Assembly: GCA_043812655.1 (NCBI GenBank)
Contig: JBDRLW010000046.1
Span: 1 to 64,000 of the forward strand
Source of the DNA: a bacterium
GTDB taxonomy: Bacteria > Margulisbacteria > WOR-1 > O2-12-FULL-45-9 > XYB2-FULL-48-7
DNA length: 64,000 nt
Direction of reading: 5' to 3'
Every line of letters starts with the position of its first letter. Within the stretch, counting starts at the first letter, position 1. This document shows, piece by piece, positions 43,029 to 52,912 of the stretch. A model generated the notes under the pieces. The model saw only the letters and a program-made list of their open reading frames with translations, did no database searches and was not told where the DNA came from. A program made the translations under genes and the position numbers.

Positions 43029-44963
43029 TTATTTTATGATAACATATTTGGTTTGGTAACTGAAGGGTTTGAACTCTTTCCCGTTCCCTTCAAAAAATTT
43101 ACCAAAAAACTCGACCAACTGGAGCCTGGCGGAATGAATGAACGCGCCCAAGACAGAGACGACCAAGTTGAATATGTGGCCAATGACTAAAACTAGCGCC
43201 ATAACAAAATAACCGATGATCGGGATCCCGGTGGTCATGCTGGCAATAATATTGATGACCATTCCGATGATGGAAGTGGTCATCATTAACGCCAGCAAGC
43301 GGGAGTAGGAGAGGGTGTCTCCCAGATATCCGGTCGTTCTGTAAAGGCTTAAAAGCCCGAAAATAAATTTTTTAAATATGCCTTTTTCGTTTCTTCCCTG
43401 GGTTAAAACCAGCAGAGCGGCGCCGACCATCGCAAACCTGCCAAATAAAACGGCCAGAGGAGAACCAAGGCTGGCTGTTGCCCCGTAAGCGACCAAGCTA
43501 AGGAGAAAATAGATCCAAAGGCCAGAGTCAAGAAAGGCGGCCAAATAATCGCGATCTTTTAGTTTCCAATACATTGCCAGTGCTACCCCGGTGATATTTT
43601 GGATCACCCCCAAACCGATAGAAAAGAGCAAGACATTTAAAGGGTTCTTGATCGGGTCGATCACTTGCAATTTTTTTAATAACGGCGGTAGTTGGTTAAG
43701 ATCCATACTAAAATAACTGCCGGTCATGATGCCGACAAAGATCGTCGCGATCCCGCCCCAGAAGAGAAGGAGGAGCAGTTTTGTCCCCCCTTCGGTCAAG
43801 GTCAATTTTTTTAAAAAGTAAAATGAGACGATGGCCAGAAGTATCCCGTAGCCGACGTCGGAAAGGCACATGGCAAAAAATAACAGATAAAAGAACGCAA
43901 GTGGTCCGGTCGGATCGATCTCATTCTGTGAAGGAAGGCCAAAAATGCGGGTAACCAGCTCGAAAGGATAAAAAACGCTCACATTCTTAATTATCGTCGG
44001 CGCTACTTCTCCTTCACTAGGTTCGATCTCGCGAAGCTCTAACAGGGGACTAACTTCGCCAAGACGTTTTTTTAAATGGCCGACCTTTTCCGCCGCGATC
44101 CAGCCGGCCAATAAAAAGGTCTTACTGGTAAGGGCTATCTTTTCTTTAGCCTTTTCTTTAAGCGCTTGCTGTGACAGATAATCGTAAGTAAGTTTAAGTG
44201 ATGGGCTGTAACGATAAAAAGCCATGATCTCTTTAGTGATCTTTGTTTGGTCATCATGATTTTCTTTTAGTAAGCGGGTAAGATTGGCCAGCTCTTCCGC
44301 CGGAGTCCTGTTGGCCAGAGGAAGCAAGCTCTTCTCAAAAGAAGTTTTCGAAAGGAAATTAAGGCATTTAGCCGAAATTGAAGCGGGAGAAAAAAGTAAA
44401 AAGTAAATTTGGTTATTGTTGGTTTCAATCGTTTCTATCTTATGAGCGGGAAAATTTTCTTCCAAGCCTTGCTTAAGCGCTTCAAAGTCTTTTAATTTGC
44501 AACTGCCAGCCGTCAAACAAATTTTTTCCGAACAGTTTATCGGGTCCAAAATGATATTTATGCTTTGCCAAGGGGAAAGGGCGGCCATCTCTGCCTGGAG
44601 GGAGTGGGTAAGGTTTTTAAGGTTGGCCAGCCGCGACTCCAGCTCTTTTAGTTGCGCGACTATCTTTTGCCAGTCAAATTCTTGGGCAGTTCGCTGTAAA
44701 GAGCTTTCGGCCAAAGGTTCTTTGTAGGGGGCAAAACTTTCGATAAAGCCTTTCTTTTTGCCGCAAATTTTTTCCAACAGGTTGATGGCGTTTTCCAGTT
44801 CCGCCAGGCTTAATTCAAACTCCGGCTCGCTTTGTGGCGCGGACTCCAATTGATCCATCTTAGTAAGTTCGATCAAACCTTGCTTCTGGAGTTCAGAAAG
44901 CAGGCTTTCCTGGATCTTTTGGTGGCCAAAGAGCGCCACTTTTTTCATCGAGACTACAGGCAT
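43029..44963 (-). CDS. ntpI: V/A-type ATPase subunit I
   Basis: EIDPT, SDVGYG, DTLSYSRLLAL, HSARLQLVEFFGKF. Confidence 0.93.
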   Translation of the reverse strand: MPVVSMKKVALFGHQKIQESLLSELQKQGLIELTKMDQLESAPQSEPEFELSLAELENAINLLEKICGKKKGFIESFAPYKEPLAESSLQRTAQEFDWQKIVAQLKELESRLANLKNLTHSLQAEMAALSPWQSINIILDPINCSEKICLTAGSCKLKDFEALKQGLEENFPAHKIETIETNNNQIYFLLFSPASISAKCLNFLSKTSFEKSLLPLANRTPAEELANLTRLLKENHDDQTKITKEIMAFYRYSPSLKLTYDYLSQQALKEKAKEKIALTSKTFLLAGWIAAEKVGHLKKRLGEVSPLLELREIEPSEGEVAPTIIKNVSVFYPFELVTRIFGLPSQNEIDPTGPLAFFYLLFFAMCLSDVGYGILLAIVSFYFLKKLTLTEGGTKLLLLLFWGGIATIFVGIMTGSYFSMDLNQLPPLLKKLQVIDPIKNPLNVLLFSIGLGVIQNITGVALAMYWKLKDRDYLAAFLDSGLWIYFLLSLVAYGATASLGSPLAVLFGRFAMVGAALLVLTQGRNEKGIFKKFIFGLLSLYRTTGYLGDTLSYSRLLALMMTTSIIGMVINIIASMTTGIPIIGYFVMALVLVIGHIFNLVVSVLGAFIHSARLQLVEFFGKFFEGNGKEFKPFSYQTKYVIIK

Positions 44964-45250
44964 ATTTGCTTTGCCTTTGCCAAAAGGGGAGTTATATTTT
45001 TACGAAGAACGGATAATTCTCCGGAATTCAATCTTTCAATTTCAACTTTTTCCGCCTCGGCTTCTTTTCGGCTTTTTTCAATCATTGACCGAGCTTCAAC
45101 GCGGGCGGAGCGCAGGGCTTCTTGGTTGGCGGCTTCCGCGGATTTGCGCGCGGCTTCGATCAATTGAAGTTTTTCTTTTTCCGCCGCGCTTACGACCTCC
45201 CGCGCTTTTTTTTCAATGGCCAGGAGCTCATTAAAAGTTTCTTTTAACAT
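44954..45250 (-). CDS. V/A-type ATPase peripheral stalk subunit G/H
   Basis: charged coiled coil, first gene of operon; ATG at 45250. Confidence 0.65.
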   Translation of the reverse strand: MLKETFNELLAIEKKAREVVSAAEKEKLQLIEAARKSAEAANQEALRSARVEARSMIEKSRKEAEAEKVEIERLNSGELSVLRKNITPLLAKAKQICL

Positions 45251-45283
45251 AACGGCAACTATTTTAACACAAACTTGGAGATG

Positions 45284-45312
45284 TTTACAGCCGGCCAAAA
45301 TTATTGTAAAAT
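45284..45312 (+). promoter_or_regulatory. putative sigma70 promoter for rnf operon
   Basis: TTTACA-17bp-TAAAAT, 15 bp before the rnfC ATG. Confidence 0.5.
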
Positions 45313-45327
45313 GACATAAAGTAAGAC

Positions 45328-46638
45328 ATGAAAACTTTTGCCCGCGGCATCCATCCGCCTGAAAACAAGGGATTAACCGAAGAAAAACCGATCAAAGAAG
45401 CCCCTTTACCCAAAAGAGTTATATTGCCTTTGCAACAAAACCTTGGCTGTGCTTGCGAACCTTTAGTTAAAGTTGGGGATGAAGTTATTGAAGGGCAAAA
45501 GATAGGCGATTCGCCAAAATTCATTTCCGCCCCGATCCATGCTTCGATCTCCGGCAAAGTTATAAGCCTTGATAAGATCTCCAACCTTTATGGTTCGGCT
45601 GTACCAATAGTTATTATCGAGCGGCAAGAAAATTCCGCCCCAGCCCCGGACCATGGCCCCGAAAAAAAACTTGAAGAATTGAGCGCGGAGGAAATTCGCA
45701 AGATCGTTCGGGAAGCAGGGATCGTTGGCTTAGGCGGGGCCGCTTTTCCGACGCACGTAAAGCTTTCGCCGCCGAAAGAAAAAAAGATCAACACTATCAT
45801 TATAAATGGCTGTGAGTGCGAGCCGTACATTACTACTGACCACCGTTTGATGCTGGAACGGCCAGAGGAAGTTATTTTAGGCGCTAGAGCGATCGCTAAA
45901 GCGGTTGGCGCGGAGCGCATCATTTTTGGGATCGAAAGCAATAAAGCCAACGCGATCGAAAAGATGAAGATATTTGGGGTGGGGATAGAAGTTGAAGCGG
46001 TAAAAACAAAATATCCGCAAGGCGGGGAGAAGATGCTGATCAAAGCCCTATTGGACCGTGAGGTCCCTTCGGGCGGGTTACCAATGGATGTCGGAGTCGT
46101 AGTGTCTAATGTAAGTACAGCGGTAGCGGTGGCGGAAGCCATCAAATTTAATAAGCCGCTCATCCAAAGGGTGGTAACCGTTACTGGCTCCGGTGTTCGG
46201 GAGCCGCAAAATCTGCTGGTCAGGATCGGGACACCCTTTAATGAGATCATTGAGCTTTGCGGCGGGCTGACACCTGATGTCGCTAAGGTTATTATGGGAG
46301 GACCGATGACCGGGATCACGGTTTCTTCGCTTGAGTCCCCATTGATCAAAGCCAATAATTGCCTCCTGGTCTTAAATAAGAACGAGGCCAAGATCTATGA
46401 AGAAAAGAATTGTATCCGTTGTGGGCGCTGTATCAAAGCTTGCCCAGTCGGTTTAATGCCGAATTATCTGGCGGATTACGCTAAAGCAAAAAACTGGGAT
46501 AAAGTTGAAGATTACAACGTTGCCGATTGCATAGAGTGCGGTTCTTGCGCTTACGTTTGTCCCAGCCGGATATATTTAGTCCAATATTTTAAAGTCGGCA
46601 AGCGAGAACTGCAATTAAGGAAGACAGCATGCAAATAA
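45328..46638 (+). CDS. rnfC: Rnf electron transport complex subunit C
   Basis: GIVGLGGAAFPTHVK, NGCECEPY, YPQGGEK, two 4Fe-4S motifs. Confidence 0.95.
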   Translation: MKTFARGIHPPENKGLTEEKPIKEAPLPKRVILPLQQNLGCACEPLVKVGDEVIEGQKIGDSPKFISAPIHASISGKVISLDKISNLYGSAVPIVIIERQENSAPAPDHGPEKKLEELSAEEIRKIVREAGIVGLGGAAFPTHVKLSPPKEKKINTIIINGCECEPYITTDHRLMLERPEEVILGARAIAKAVGAERIIFGIESNKANAIEKMKIFGVGIEVEAVKTKYPQGGEKMLIKALLDREVPSGGLPMDVGVVVSNVSTAVAVAEAIKFNKPLIQRVVTVTGSGVREPQNLLVRIGTPFNEIIELCGGLTPDVAKVIMGGPMTGITVSSLESPLIKANNCLLVLNKNEAKIYEEKNCIRCGRCIKACPVGLMPNYLADYAKAKNWDKVEDYNVADCIECGSCAYVCPSRIYLVQYFKVGKRELQLRKTACK

Positions 46639-47549
46639 ATCTTGACCTTTCAATTGCGCCTCACATTCGCGCTCGGGATGATTCCCAAAACATAATGTGG
46701 TGGGTGGCGTTCGCCTTACTTTTTCCTTCGGCCGCGGCGGTTTACTTTTTTGGGTTACCGGCCCTGATCTTAATTATTTTTACTACTTTTATTGCGGTTG
46801 TTTCCGAAGCGTTTTTTCAATTAGCGGCAAAAAAACCGATAACGGTGCAAGACGGCAGTGCGGTTGTAACCGGGCTATTGCTAGCGCTGATCGTCCCGCC
46901 CAGCTTACCTTTATGGATGGCGGCGGTCGGCTCCGTGGCAGCAGTAGTTTTAGTAAAAGGATTATTTGGCGGGCTTGGCTTCAATATTTTTAACCCGGCA
47001 CTGGCAGCGCGGGCGATCTTATTAGCTTCTTGGCCGGTGGCGATGACCACTTGGATAAAACCATTGGACAGTATTACGACCGCGACGCCGCTTTATCTAG
47101 CCAAGATCAATGAAGTTGTCCCGAGTTACTGGCAGCTTTTTATCGGCAATCGGGCCGGTTCATTGGGAGAGACTTCGGTTTTGGCTATTTTGATCGGGGC
47201 GGGGATACTCTTTTGGAAAAAGATCATTGATTGGCCGGCTCCCACCGCTTATATCGGGACCGTAGCGATCCTGACTTTCTTGCTGGGCCACGACCCGCTC
47301 TTTTACGTGCTTAGCGGCGGATTAATGATCGGCGCCTTTTTTATGGCGACCGATTATGTTACCGCGCCGGTGACCACCCAGGGCCGATTTATCTTTGGCC
47401 TTGGTTGCGGGATCATGACAGTTTTAATTAGGTTTTTTGGCGGTTTTCCTGAAGGTGTTAATTATTCAATCCTTTTTATGAATATTTTTACGCCGCTCAT
47501 TGATACTTACGCGCGTCCGCGTTTGTTCGGGGGGAAGAAGCGTGGCTAA
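46629..47549 (+). CDS. rnfD: Rnf subunit D
   Basis: FGGLGFNIFNPA, TTATPL FMN site, GAFFMATD. Confidence 0.95.
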   Translation: MQINLDLSIAPHIRARDDSQNIMWWVAFALLFPSAAAVYFFGLPALILIIFTTFIAVVSEAFFQLAAKKPITVQDGSAVVTGLLLALIVPPSLPLWMAAVGSVAAVVLVKGLFGGLGFNIFNPALAARAILLASWPVAMTTWIKPLDSITTATPLYLAKINEVVPSYWQLFIGNRAGSLGETSVLAILIGAGILFWKKIIDWPAPTAYIGTVAILTFLLGHDPLFYVLSGGLMIGAFFMATDYVTAPVTTQGRFIFGLGCGIMTVLIRFFGGFPEGVNYSILFMNIFTPLIDTYARPRLFGGKKRG

Positions 47550-47997
47550 AATATTAAGATTAGCTTTAGTCTTGGGGGTCTTTTGTATAATCTCGGCAGG
47601 CTTGTTAGCTTATGTTTACCTTTTTACTTCCCCGCAAATATTAATGAACAGCAAAGTCTCATTTGAAAGGTCGAAGCGGGAAGTTTTACCGCCTGGGACA
47701 AAAGGGCGCGTCATCCAGGTTGCCCCCAAAGGTTATGCCGGGCCAGTAGAAATTCTAGTTGGGATCGGAAAAAATGGTAAGGTTTCCGGATTAAAAATAT
47801 TATCACAAAAAGAAACCCCAGGGCTTGGTTCAAACGCCGCTAAACCAGAGTTCTTAAAACAATTCATCGGTAAAAGCTTAAAGGATAAGATCGAAGCCAA
47901 GCAAGACATTGAGGCGATCACCGGCGCCACCATCACCAGCCGGGCGGTCTGCCGCGGAGTGAAGGAAGCGCTGACCAAAGCGAAAGGGAAAAGATGA
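47542..47997 (+). CDS. rnfG: Rnf subunit G
   Basis: GYAG, ETPGLG, ITGATITS FMN site; GTG start 47542. Confidence 0.9.
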   Translation: MAKILRLALVLGVFCIISAGLLAYVYLFTSPQILMNSKVSFERSKREVLPPGTKGRVIQVAPKGYAGPVEILVGIGKNGKVSGLKILSQKETPGLGSNAAKPEFLKQFIGKSLKDKIEAKQDIEAITGATITSRAVCRGVKEALTKAKGKR

Positions 47998-48584
47998 ACC
48001 TTTGGAAAGACATTAATCAGGGAATAATAAAAGAAAATCCGGTTTTGCGTTTAATGATCGGCTTATGTCCGGCTTTGGCTGTTTCCAACAGCGCGATCAA
48101 CGCTTTAGGGATGAGCGCCGCGGTAATGTTCGTCTTGATCTGTTCCAATGTGGTGGTCGCCATGATCCGCAAGATCGTTCCGGATGAGATCCGTATCCCG
48201 ATCTTCATTATAATAATTTCCACATTTGTGACAGTTATCGACTATATTATGCAGGCTTATTCTCCGGTACTATACGCGGCGCTTGGGGTTTTTGTGCCGC
48301 TGATCGTTGTTAATTGTATTATTTTAGGCCGGGCGGAGGCATTTGCTTATCGTAATTCGATCTTCAGCTCGGTCCTAGACGGCTTTGGCATGAGTTTAGG
48401 CTTTGGGGTCGCGCTGGTAAGCATCGGGATAATAAGGGAAGTTTTGGGCGCGGGTTCGATCTTTGGCCTGGCTCTTTTTAAGCCAACGATCGCGGCGACG
48501 ATCATGGTATTGCCGCCGGGGGCTTTCGTTACTATCGGGATACTAATGGCTTTTTTAAATAAACTGGAGAACAAGGTGCAGTAA
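47994..48584 (+). CDS. rnfE: Rnf subunit E
   Basis: GLCPALA, PLIVVNCIILGRAEAFA, LPPGAF. Confidence 0.93.
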   Translation: MNLWKDINQGIIKENPVLRLMIGLCPALAVSNSAINALGMSAAVMFVLICSNVVVAMIRKIVPDEIRIPIFIIIISTFVTVIDYIMQAYSPVLYAALGVFVPLIVVNCIILGRAEAFAYRNSIFSSVLDGFGMSLGFGVALVSIGIIREVLGAGSIFGLALFKPTIAATIMVLPPGAFVTIGILMAFLNKLENKVQ

Positions 48585-49162
48585 TGGAATTATTCGGCAT
48601 ATTTTTCTCGGCTTTTATCATTAACAATATTTTGTTGATCAGGTTCTTGGCGTTGTGTTCTTTTTTTGGGGTATCGACCAAAATAGAAACTACGGTCGGC
48701 ATGAGTTCGGCCGTTATTTTTGTGATGACCATTGCCTCCGCCGTTTCTTGGCTGGTCTTCCATTATATTTTAGCCCCTTTAAACCTGGAATTCCTGCGGA
48801 CCGCCGCTTTTATTTTGACAATCGCGGCTTTGGTCCAGCTGGTAGAGCTTTATCTTAAAAAAATGGTACCCAGTTTATATCAGGCCATGGGGATATTTCT
48901 CCCTTTAATTACGACCAACTGCGCCATTTTAGCCGTAGCCTTCCTGGCGATCGACTACAAATTTAATTTTATCCAATCAATGATCTATTCTCTGGGAGCT
49001 TCGATCGGTTATTCATTGGCGATCATTTTATTTGCTTTTATCCGGGAGCGGATGGTGCTGGCACCCATCCCGAAATGGTTCCAGGGATATCCGATCGCTT
49101 TTATTACCGCGGCTTTGATGTCGCTTGCTTTTTTGGGCTTTACCGGGATGTTTGGTTTATAA
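48584..49162 (+). CDS. rnfA: Rnf subunit A
   Basis: FLALCSFFGVS, GIFLPLITTNCAIL, LMSLAFLGF. Confidence 0.93.
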   Translation: MELFGIFFSAFIINNILLIRFLALCSFFGVSTKIETTVGMSSAVIFVMTIASAVSWLVFHYILAPLNLEFLRTAAFILTIAALVQLVELYLKKMVPSLYQAMGIFLPLITTNCAILAVAFLAIDYKFNFIQSMIYSLGASIGYSLAIILFAFIRERMVLAPIPKWFQGYPIAFITAALMSLAFLGFTGMFGL

Positions 49163-49163
49163 A

Positions 49164-49949
49164 ATGCTAATTATAACTTCGATCATAGTTTTAGGGATGA
49201 TGGGTTTGATCTTTGCCGGACTGCTTGGGTTTGCGGCAAGATATTATAGAGTAGAAGAAGATCCGCGGGTCGCCAGCATCATGGCTATTTTGCCAGGCGC
49301 GAATTGCGGCGCTTGCGGAGTGGCTGGCTGCCATACCTTCGCGGATAAAGTGAGCAAAGGGGAGATCGCGGTAAGCGGTTGTTTGGTTGGCGGGATGGAT
49401 GTAGCTAAAAAGATCGCGGCGATAATGGGGGAGGAGGGGTTTGAGGTCCATAAAAAAGTAGCGGTGGTCCATTGCGGTGCTAAAAAAGATCAAAAAAAGA
49501 AAAAAGCCAACTATATTGGCGTTAAAACCTGTATAGGAGCAAGTTTAATTGACAATGGCGGCTTGCTTTGTTCTTATGGCTGCATGGGTTACGGTGATTG
49601 TGCTTGTATTTGTCCGTTCAATGCGATCAAGATGGTTGATGGCCTTCCCGTTATCGATCCGGAAAAGTGTACGGCTTGCGGCAAGTGCATCAAAAATTGC
49701 CCCAAGAAAATAATTGCTTTAAAACCCTATGATTTCAAGGCCGTGGTGGCGTGTTCTTCGCGTGACCGGGGAGCGGAAACCCGCAAAAATTGCCCGGTCG
49801 GCTGCATCGCCTGCAAGATCTGCGAAAAAGCGGTCCCCGAAGTTTTTAAAGTAACAGATAATTTAGCCGTTATTGATCATGATAAAAAAGGGATCGATTG
49901 TTCCGCTGCAATTGAAAAATGCCCCACTAAATGTATCGTGAAAGCCTAA
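49164..49949 (+). CDS. rnfB: Rnf subunit B
   Basis: LPGANCGACG..GC, multiple ferredoxin Cys motifs. Confidence 0.93.
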   Translation: MLIITSIIVLGMMGLIFAGLLGFAARYYRVEEDPRVASIMAILPGANCGACGVAGCHTFADKVSKGEIAVSGCLVGGMDVAKKIAAIMGEEGFEVHKKVAVVHCGAKKDQKKKKANYIGVKTCIGASLIDNGGLLCSYGCMGYGDCACICPFNAIKMVDGLPVIDPEKCTACGKCIKNCPKKIIALKPYDFKAVVACSSRDRGAETRKNCPVGCIACKICEKAVPEVFKVTDNLAVIDHDKKGIDCSAAIEKCPTKCIVKA

Positions 49950-49952
49950 ACT

Positions 49953-52403
49953 TTATACTTTTTTATTTAAAGATTTTAATCCCTCAAACCAAGCGAGGCA
50001 GAGAAGCGCGCCAAAAATCGAAATAACAAGGCCATAAGCGGGGATCGGGGCAAAATGGAAGAGAGAGCGCAAAAATGGGATATAAAGTACAGTTAATAGA
50101 GCTATAATCGCTCCGCTAACGACCCACCACAAAGCCTTATTTTGTTCATTAATGACCGACAAGGCATTTTGCGACCGGGATAAATTAGTCAGGATTAAAA
50201 TTATATTAGAAAATACCATTGCCGCGAAAGAAGTGGTCCTAGCTTGGTCAGCGCTCATTCCTGTCCATAATGACCAAATATAGATAAGAAAAACAATAAT
50301 TAAAACGCTAAAGCCTTGCAATAAGCTAAGAAATAGGGCAGATCGGTTAAACAATGGGTCTTTTAGGTCGCGAGGCGGTTTGTTCATGGTGTCTTTATCT
50401 TCCGGCTCGGCTTCAAAAACAGTGGAACAAGCGGGATCAATTATCAATTCCAGGAACGCGATGTGGGCTGGCAATAGAACGATCGGCAGATTAAATAAGA
50501 TCGGCAGAAGCGACATGCCGGCGATCGGGATATGGACGGCAAAAACATAGGAAATGGCTTTTTTTAAGTTTTCGAAGATCCTGCGGCCAAGCCTGACAGC
50601 CGCGACGATCGAAGAAAAATCATCGTTAAGCAAGACAAGATCTGACGATTCCCGGGCAACATCGGTCCCGCGCTCGCCCATGGCCACGCCAATATGAGCT
50701 GCTTTAAGGGCAGGAGCATCATTAACGCCGTCACCGGTCATGGCGACTATTTCCCCATTCGCTTTAAGGGCGCTGATGATCGCTAGCTTTTGTTCCGGGA
50801 CAACTCGGGCAAAAATATTGGTAGTTCTAATTTTATTTCTTAATTCTTCGGCGCTAAGCTTTTCCAGTTCCGGACCGGTGATATAATTTTCCGGATCATT
50901 CAAGCCGATCTGCCGGGCGATAAATTGCGCGGTCGAAGGATAATCGCCGGTTATCATGATCACTCTTATCCCGGCGCCGTAAGCTTCTTTTATCGCTCCA
51001 GGGACAGTCGGCCTAACTGGATCAACAAAGCCAAGGAGCCCGACAAACTCAAAAACAAAATCGTGTTGTTCATTTGGGAGTGGGCTTTTATCGAATGAGG
51101 CTTTAGCCACACCCAGAACTCGTAGCCCTTGGGCTGCCATCTTTTCGATCTTCTGGGTTAATTCCTCTTTCTTGGCTTCTGAAAAATGGCAGAGACCGGC
51201 GATCGCTTCGGGCGCGCCTTTTGCCGCTATTATATAATGTAAGCTGTCAGGCGACTCCCAAACGTGGGAGATAGCCAGGAGCTCTTTTGATAACTGGTAC
51301 TCCCTGACCAATTGCCAGTTCTTATGGATATGTTCTGTGCCGGAAAGATATAATTCGCCTAAACGTTTGATTTCCTTTTCGATCGGGTCAAATGGGTCAT
51401 TTTGGCTAGCTAAAATACCATATTCCAATAGATCATGGTTTTCTTCGGAAGCCGTGAGGCCATCGAGTTTCAAAGCGTTTAAAGTTAAGGTCCCAGTCTT
51501 ATCAACGCATAAAACCGTAGCGGCCCCAAGCGTTTCAATGGCTTGGGCCTTCCTGGTTAATACCTGGCTTTTTGAGATCCGCCAAGCTCCCAAAGTTAAA
51601 AAGATAATTAAGATCACTGGGAACTCTTCTGGTAAAAGGGCCATACTTAAGGTTAGGCCGGCCAAAAAACCATTGATCCAGTCTCCCCGGGTTGATCCGT
51701 AAATAATAATGACCAGACAGCAAAAGACCAAGCCGACAACCGCAAAGGTCCGAACGATCTTCCCTGTTTCTTTCTTTAGCAATGTATCTTCGTCTTTGAT
51801 CGTTTCCAGGGCTTTACCGATCTTTCCCATTTCCGATTTGGCTCCGGTCGAGGTAACCTTAGCCGTACCGTGGCCGGAGACAATTAAAGTCCCGGAAAAT
51901 ATCTTTAGGTCGTCAAGTTTCCTGACCGGAAAAGATTCGCCGGTCAAAAGCGATTCGTCAACGGATAAGTTGGAAGAAAAAAGTAGTGTTGCGTCAGCCG
52001 GAACCCGATCGCCTTCGCGCAGGACAATAATGTCGTCCCGGACGACTTCACGGCCTGGGAGGCGACGCTGGTTCCCATCCCTAATGACTAACGCCCTAGG
52101 GCTGGATAAATTACGAAGGGCTTCCAGAGCCCGCTCAGTTTTTCTCTCTTGATAAAAGGTGATGCCGATAATGACAAAGACAAAAGTGAGCAGCATTAAC
52201 GCGTCTGTAATATCACCAAGAAAAACGTAAAGTAAACCGCAGACGAGGAGGAGCAGGAGCATCGGTTCGCGGACCACGCTTATTAATAATTGTAAAAAGT
52301 TCTGGCTTTTTTGCGAGGGAAGGTCGTTAAACCCTTCTTTTTTCAGGCGGAGCCTAGCTTCATTCTCACTTAAACCCTTTATGTTGTTAGGATCGAACGC
52401 CAT
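49953..52403 (-). CDS. P-type cation-transporting ATPase (type II)
   Basis: TGES, PEEFP, DKTGTLT, KGAPE, TGDGVNDAPAL; likely ATG 52403. Confidence 0.92.
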   Translation of the reverse strand: MAFDPNNIKGLSENEARLRLKKEGFNDLPSQKSQNFLQLLISVVREPMLLLLLVCGLLYVFLGDITDALMLLTFVFVIIGITFYQERKTERALEALRNLSSPRALVIRDGNQRRLPGREVVRDDIIVLREGDRVPADATLLFSSNLSVDESLLTGESFPVRKLDDLKIFSGTLIVSGHGTAKVTSTGAKSEMGKIGKALETIKDEDTLLKKETGKIVRTFAVVGLVFCCLVIIIYGSTRGDWINGFLAGLTLSMALLPEEFPVILIIFLTLGAWRISKSQVLTRKAQAIETLGAATVLCVDKTGTLTLNALKLDGLTASEENHDLLEYGILASQNDPFDPIEKEIKRLGELYLSGTEHIHKNWQLVREYQLSKELLAISHVWESPDSLHYIIAAKGAPEAIAGLCHFSEAKKEELTQKIEKMAAQGLRVLGVAKASFDKSPLPNEQHDFVFEFVGLLGFVDPVRPTVPGAIKEAYGAGIRVIMITGDYPSTAQFIARQIGLNDPENYITGPELEKLSAEELRNKIRTTNIFARVVPEQKLAIISALKANGEIVAMTGDGVNDAPALKAAHIGVAMGERGTDVARESSDLVLLNDDFSSIVAAVRLGRRIFENLKKAISYVFAVHIPIAGMSLLPILFNLPIVLLPAHIAFLELIIDPACSTVFEAEPEDKDTMNKPPRDLKDPLFNRSALFLSLLQGFSVLIIVFLIYIWSLWTGMSADQARTTSFAAMVFSNIILILTNLSRSQNALSVINEQNKALWWVVSGAIIALLTVLYIPFLRSLFHFAPIPAYGLVISIFGALLCLAWFEGLKSLNKKV

Positions 52404-52420
52404 GAGAGGGATTATAAGGC

Positions 52421-52450
52421 TTGACACCCAAAAAGGCAATATGCTATTAT
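52421..52450 (+). promoter_or_regulatory. sigma70 promoter of groESL
   Basis: TTGACA-18bp-TATTAT with extended TG. Confidence 0.7.
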
Positions 52451-52451
52451 G

Positions 52452-52478
52452 TTAGCACTCGTTACAGAGGAGTGCTAA
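52452..52478 (+). promoter_or_regulatory. CIRCE element (HrcA operator)
   Basis: perfect TTAGCACTC-N9-GAGTGCTAA upstream of groES. Confidence 0.97.
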
Positions 52479-52578
52479 TAATGAAAAATGACCTAATGTA
52501 AAATGAAAAATGAAGGTTAGAATTATTAGATAAAAAATACCTACATTTTTCATTAAGTCATTTTTAATTTTTCATTAT
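52479..52578. repeat. inverted pair of 7-bp tandem tracts (AAATGAA-like) in groES leader
   Basis: AATGAAAAATGACCTAATGTAAAATGAAAAATGAAGGT ... ACCTACATTTTTCATTAAGTCATTTTTAATTTTTCATT. Confidence 0.8.
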
Positions 52579-52601
52579 AAAAGAAGGGGGTGAAGAAGGG
52601 T

Positions 52602-52898
52602 ATGGTAAGCAAAAAGTTGACTCCAATTGGTGACCGGGCAGTGGTGAAGCCGGAGCCGGAGGAAATCAAAACAAAGTCTGGGATCGTGCTGCCGGATTCA
52701 GCCAAAGAAAAACCGTCCGAAGGGACAGTGGTCGCGGTCGGATCTGGACGCGTCCTGGATAATGGACAAAAAGTTTCACTCGAAGTTAAGATCGGTGACA
52801 AGGTCATCTATAGTAAATACGGTGGGACAGAAGTTAAGATCGATGGTGAAGAATACATTATCTTAGCGGAACGGGATATTTTAGCAATTAGAGGATAA
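52602..52898 (+). CDS. groES: co-chaperonin GroES
   Basis: [29 protein letters not shown]. Confidence 0.97.
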   Translation: MVSKKLTPIGDRAVVKPEPEEIKTKSGIVLPDSAKEKPSEGTVVAVGSGRVLDNGQKVSLEVKIGDKVIYSKYGGTEVKIDGEEYIILAERDILAIRG

Positions 52899-52912
52899 GG
52901 AGGTGAACTAAA

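Noticed and set aside
45588..46391. Long antisense ORFs (also 40553-41221, 53989-54546, 55134-57246)
   Set aside because: Shadows of well-conserved genes on the opposite strand, with no recognisable motifs
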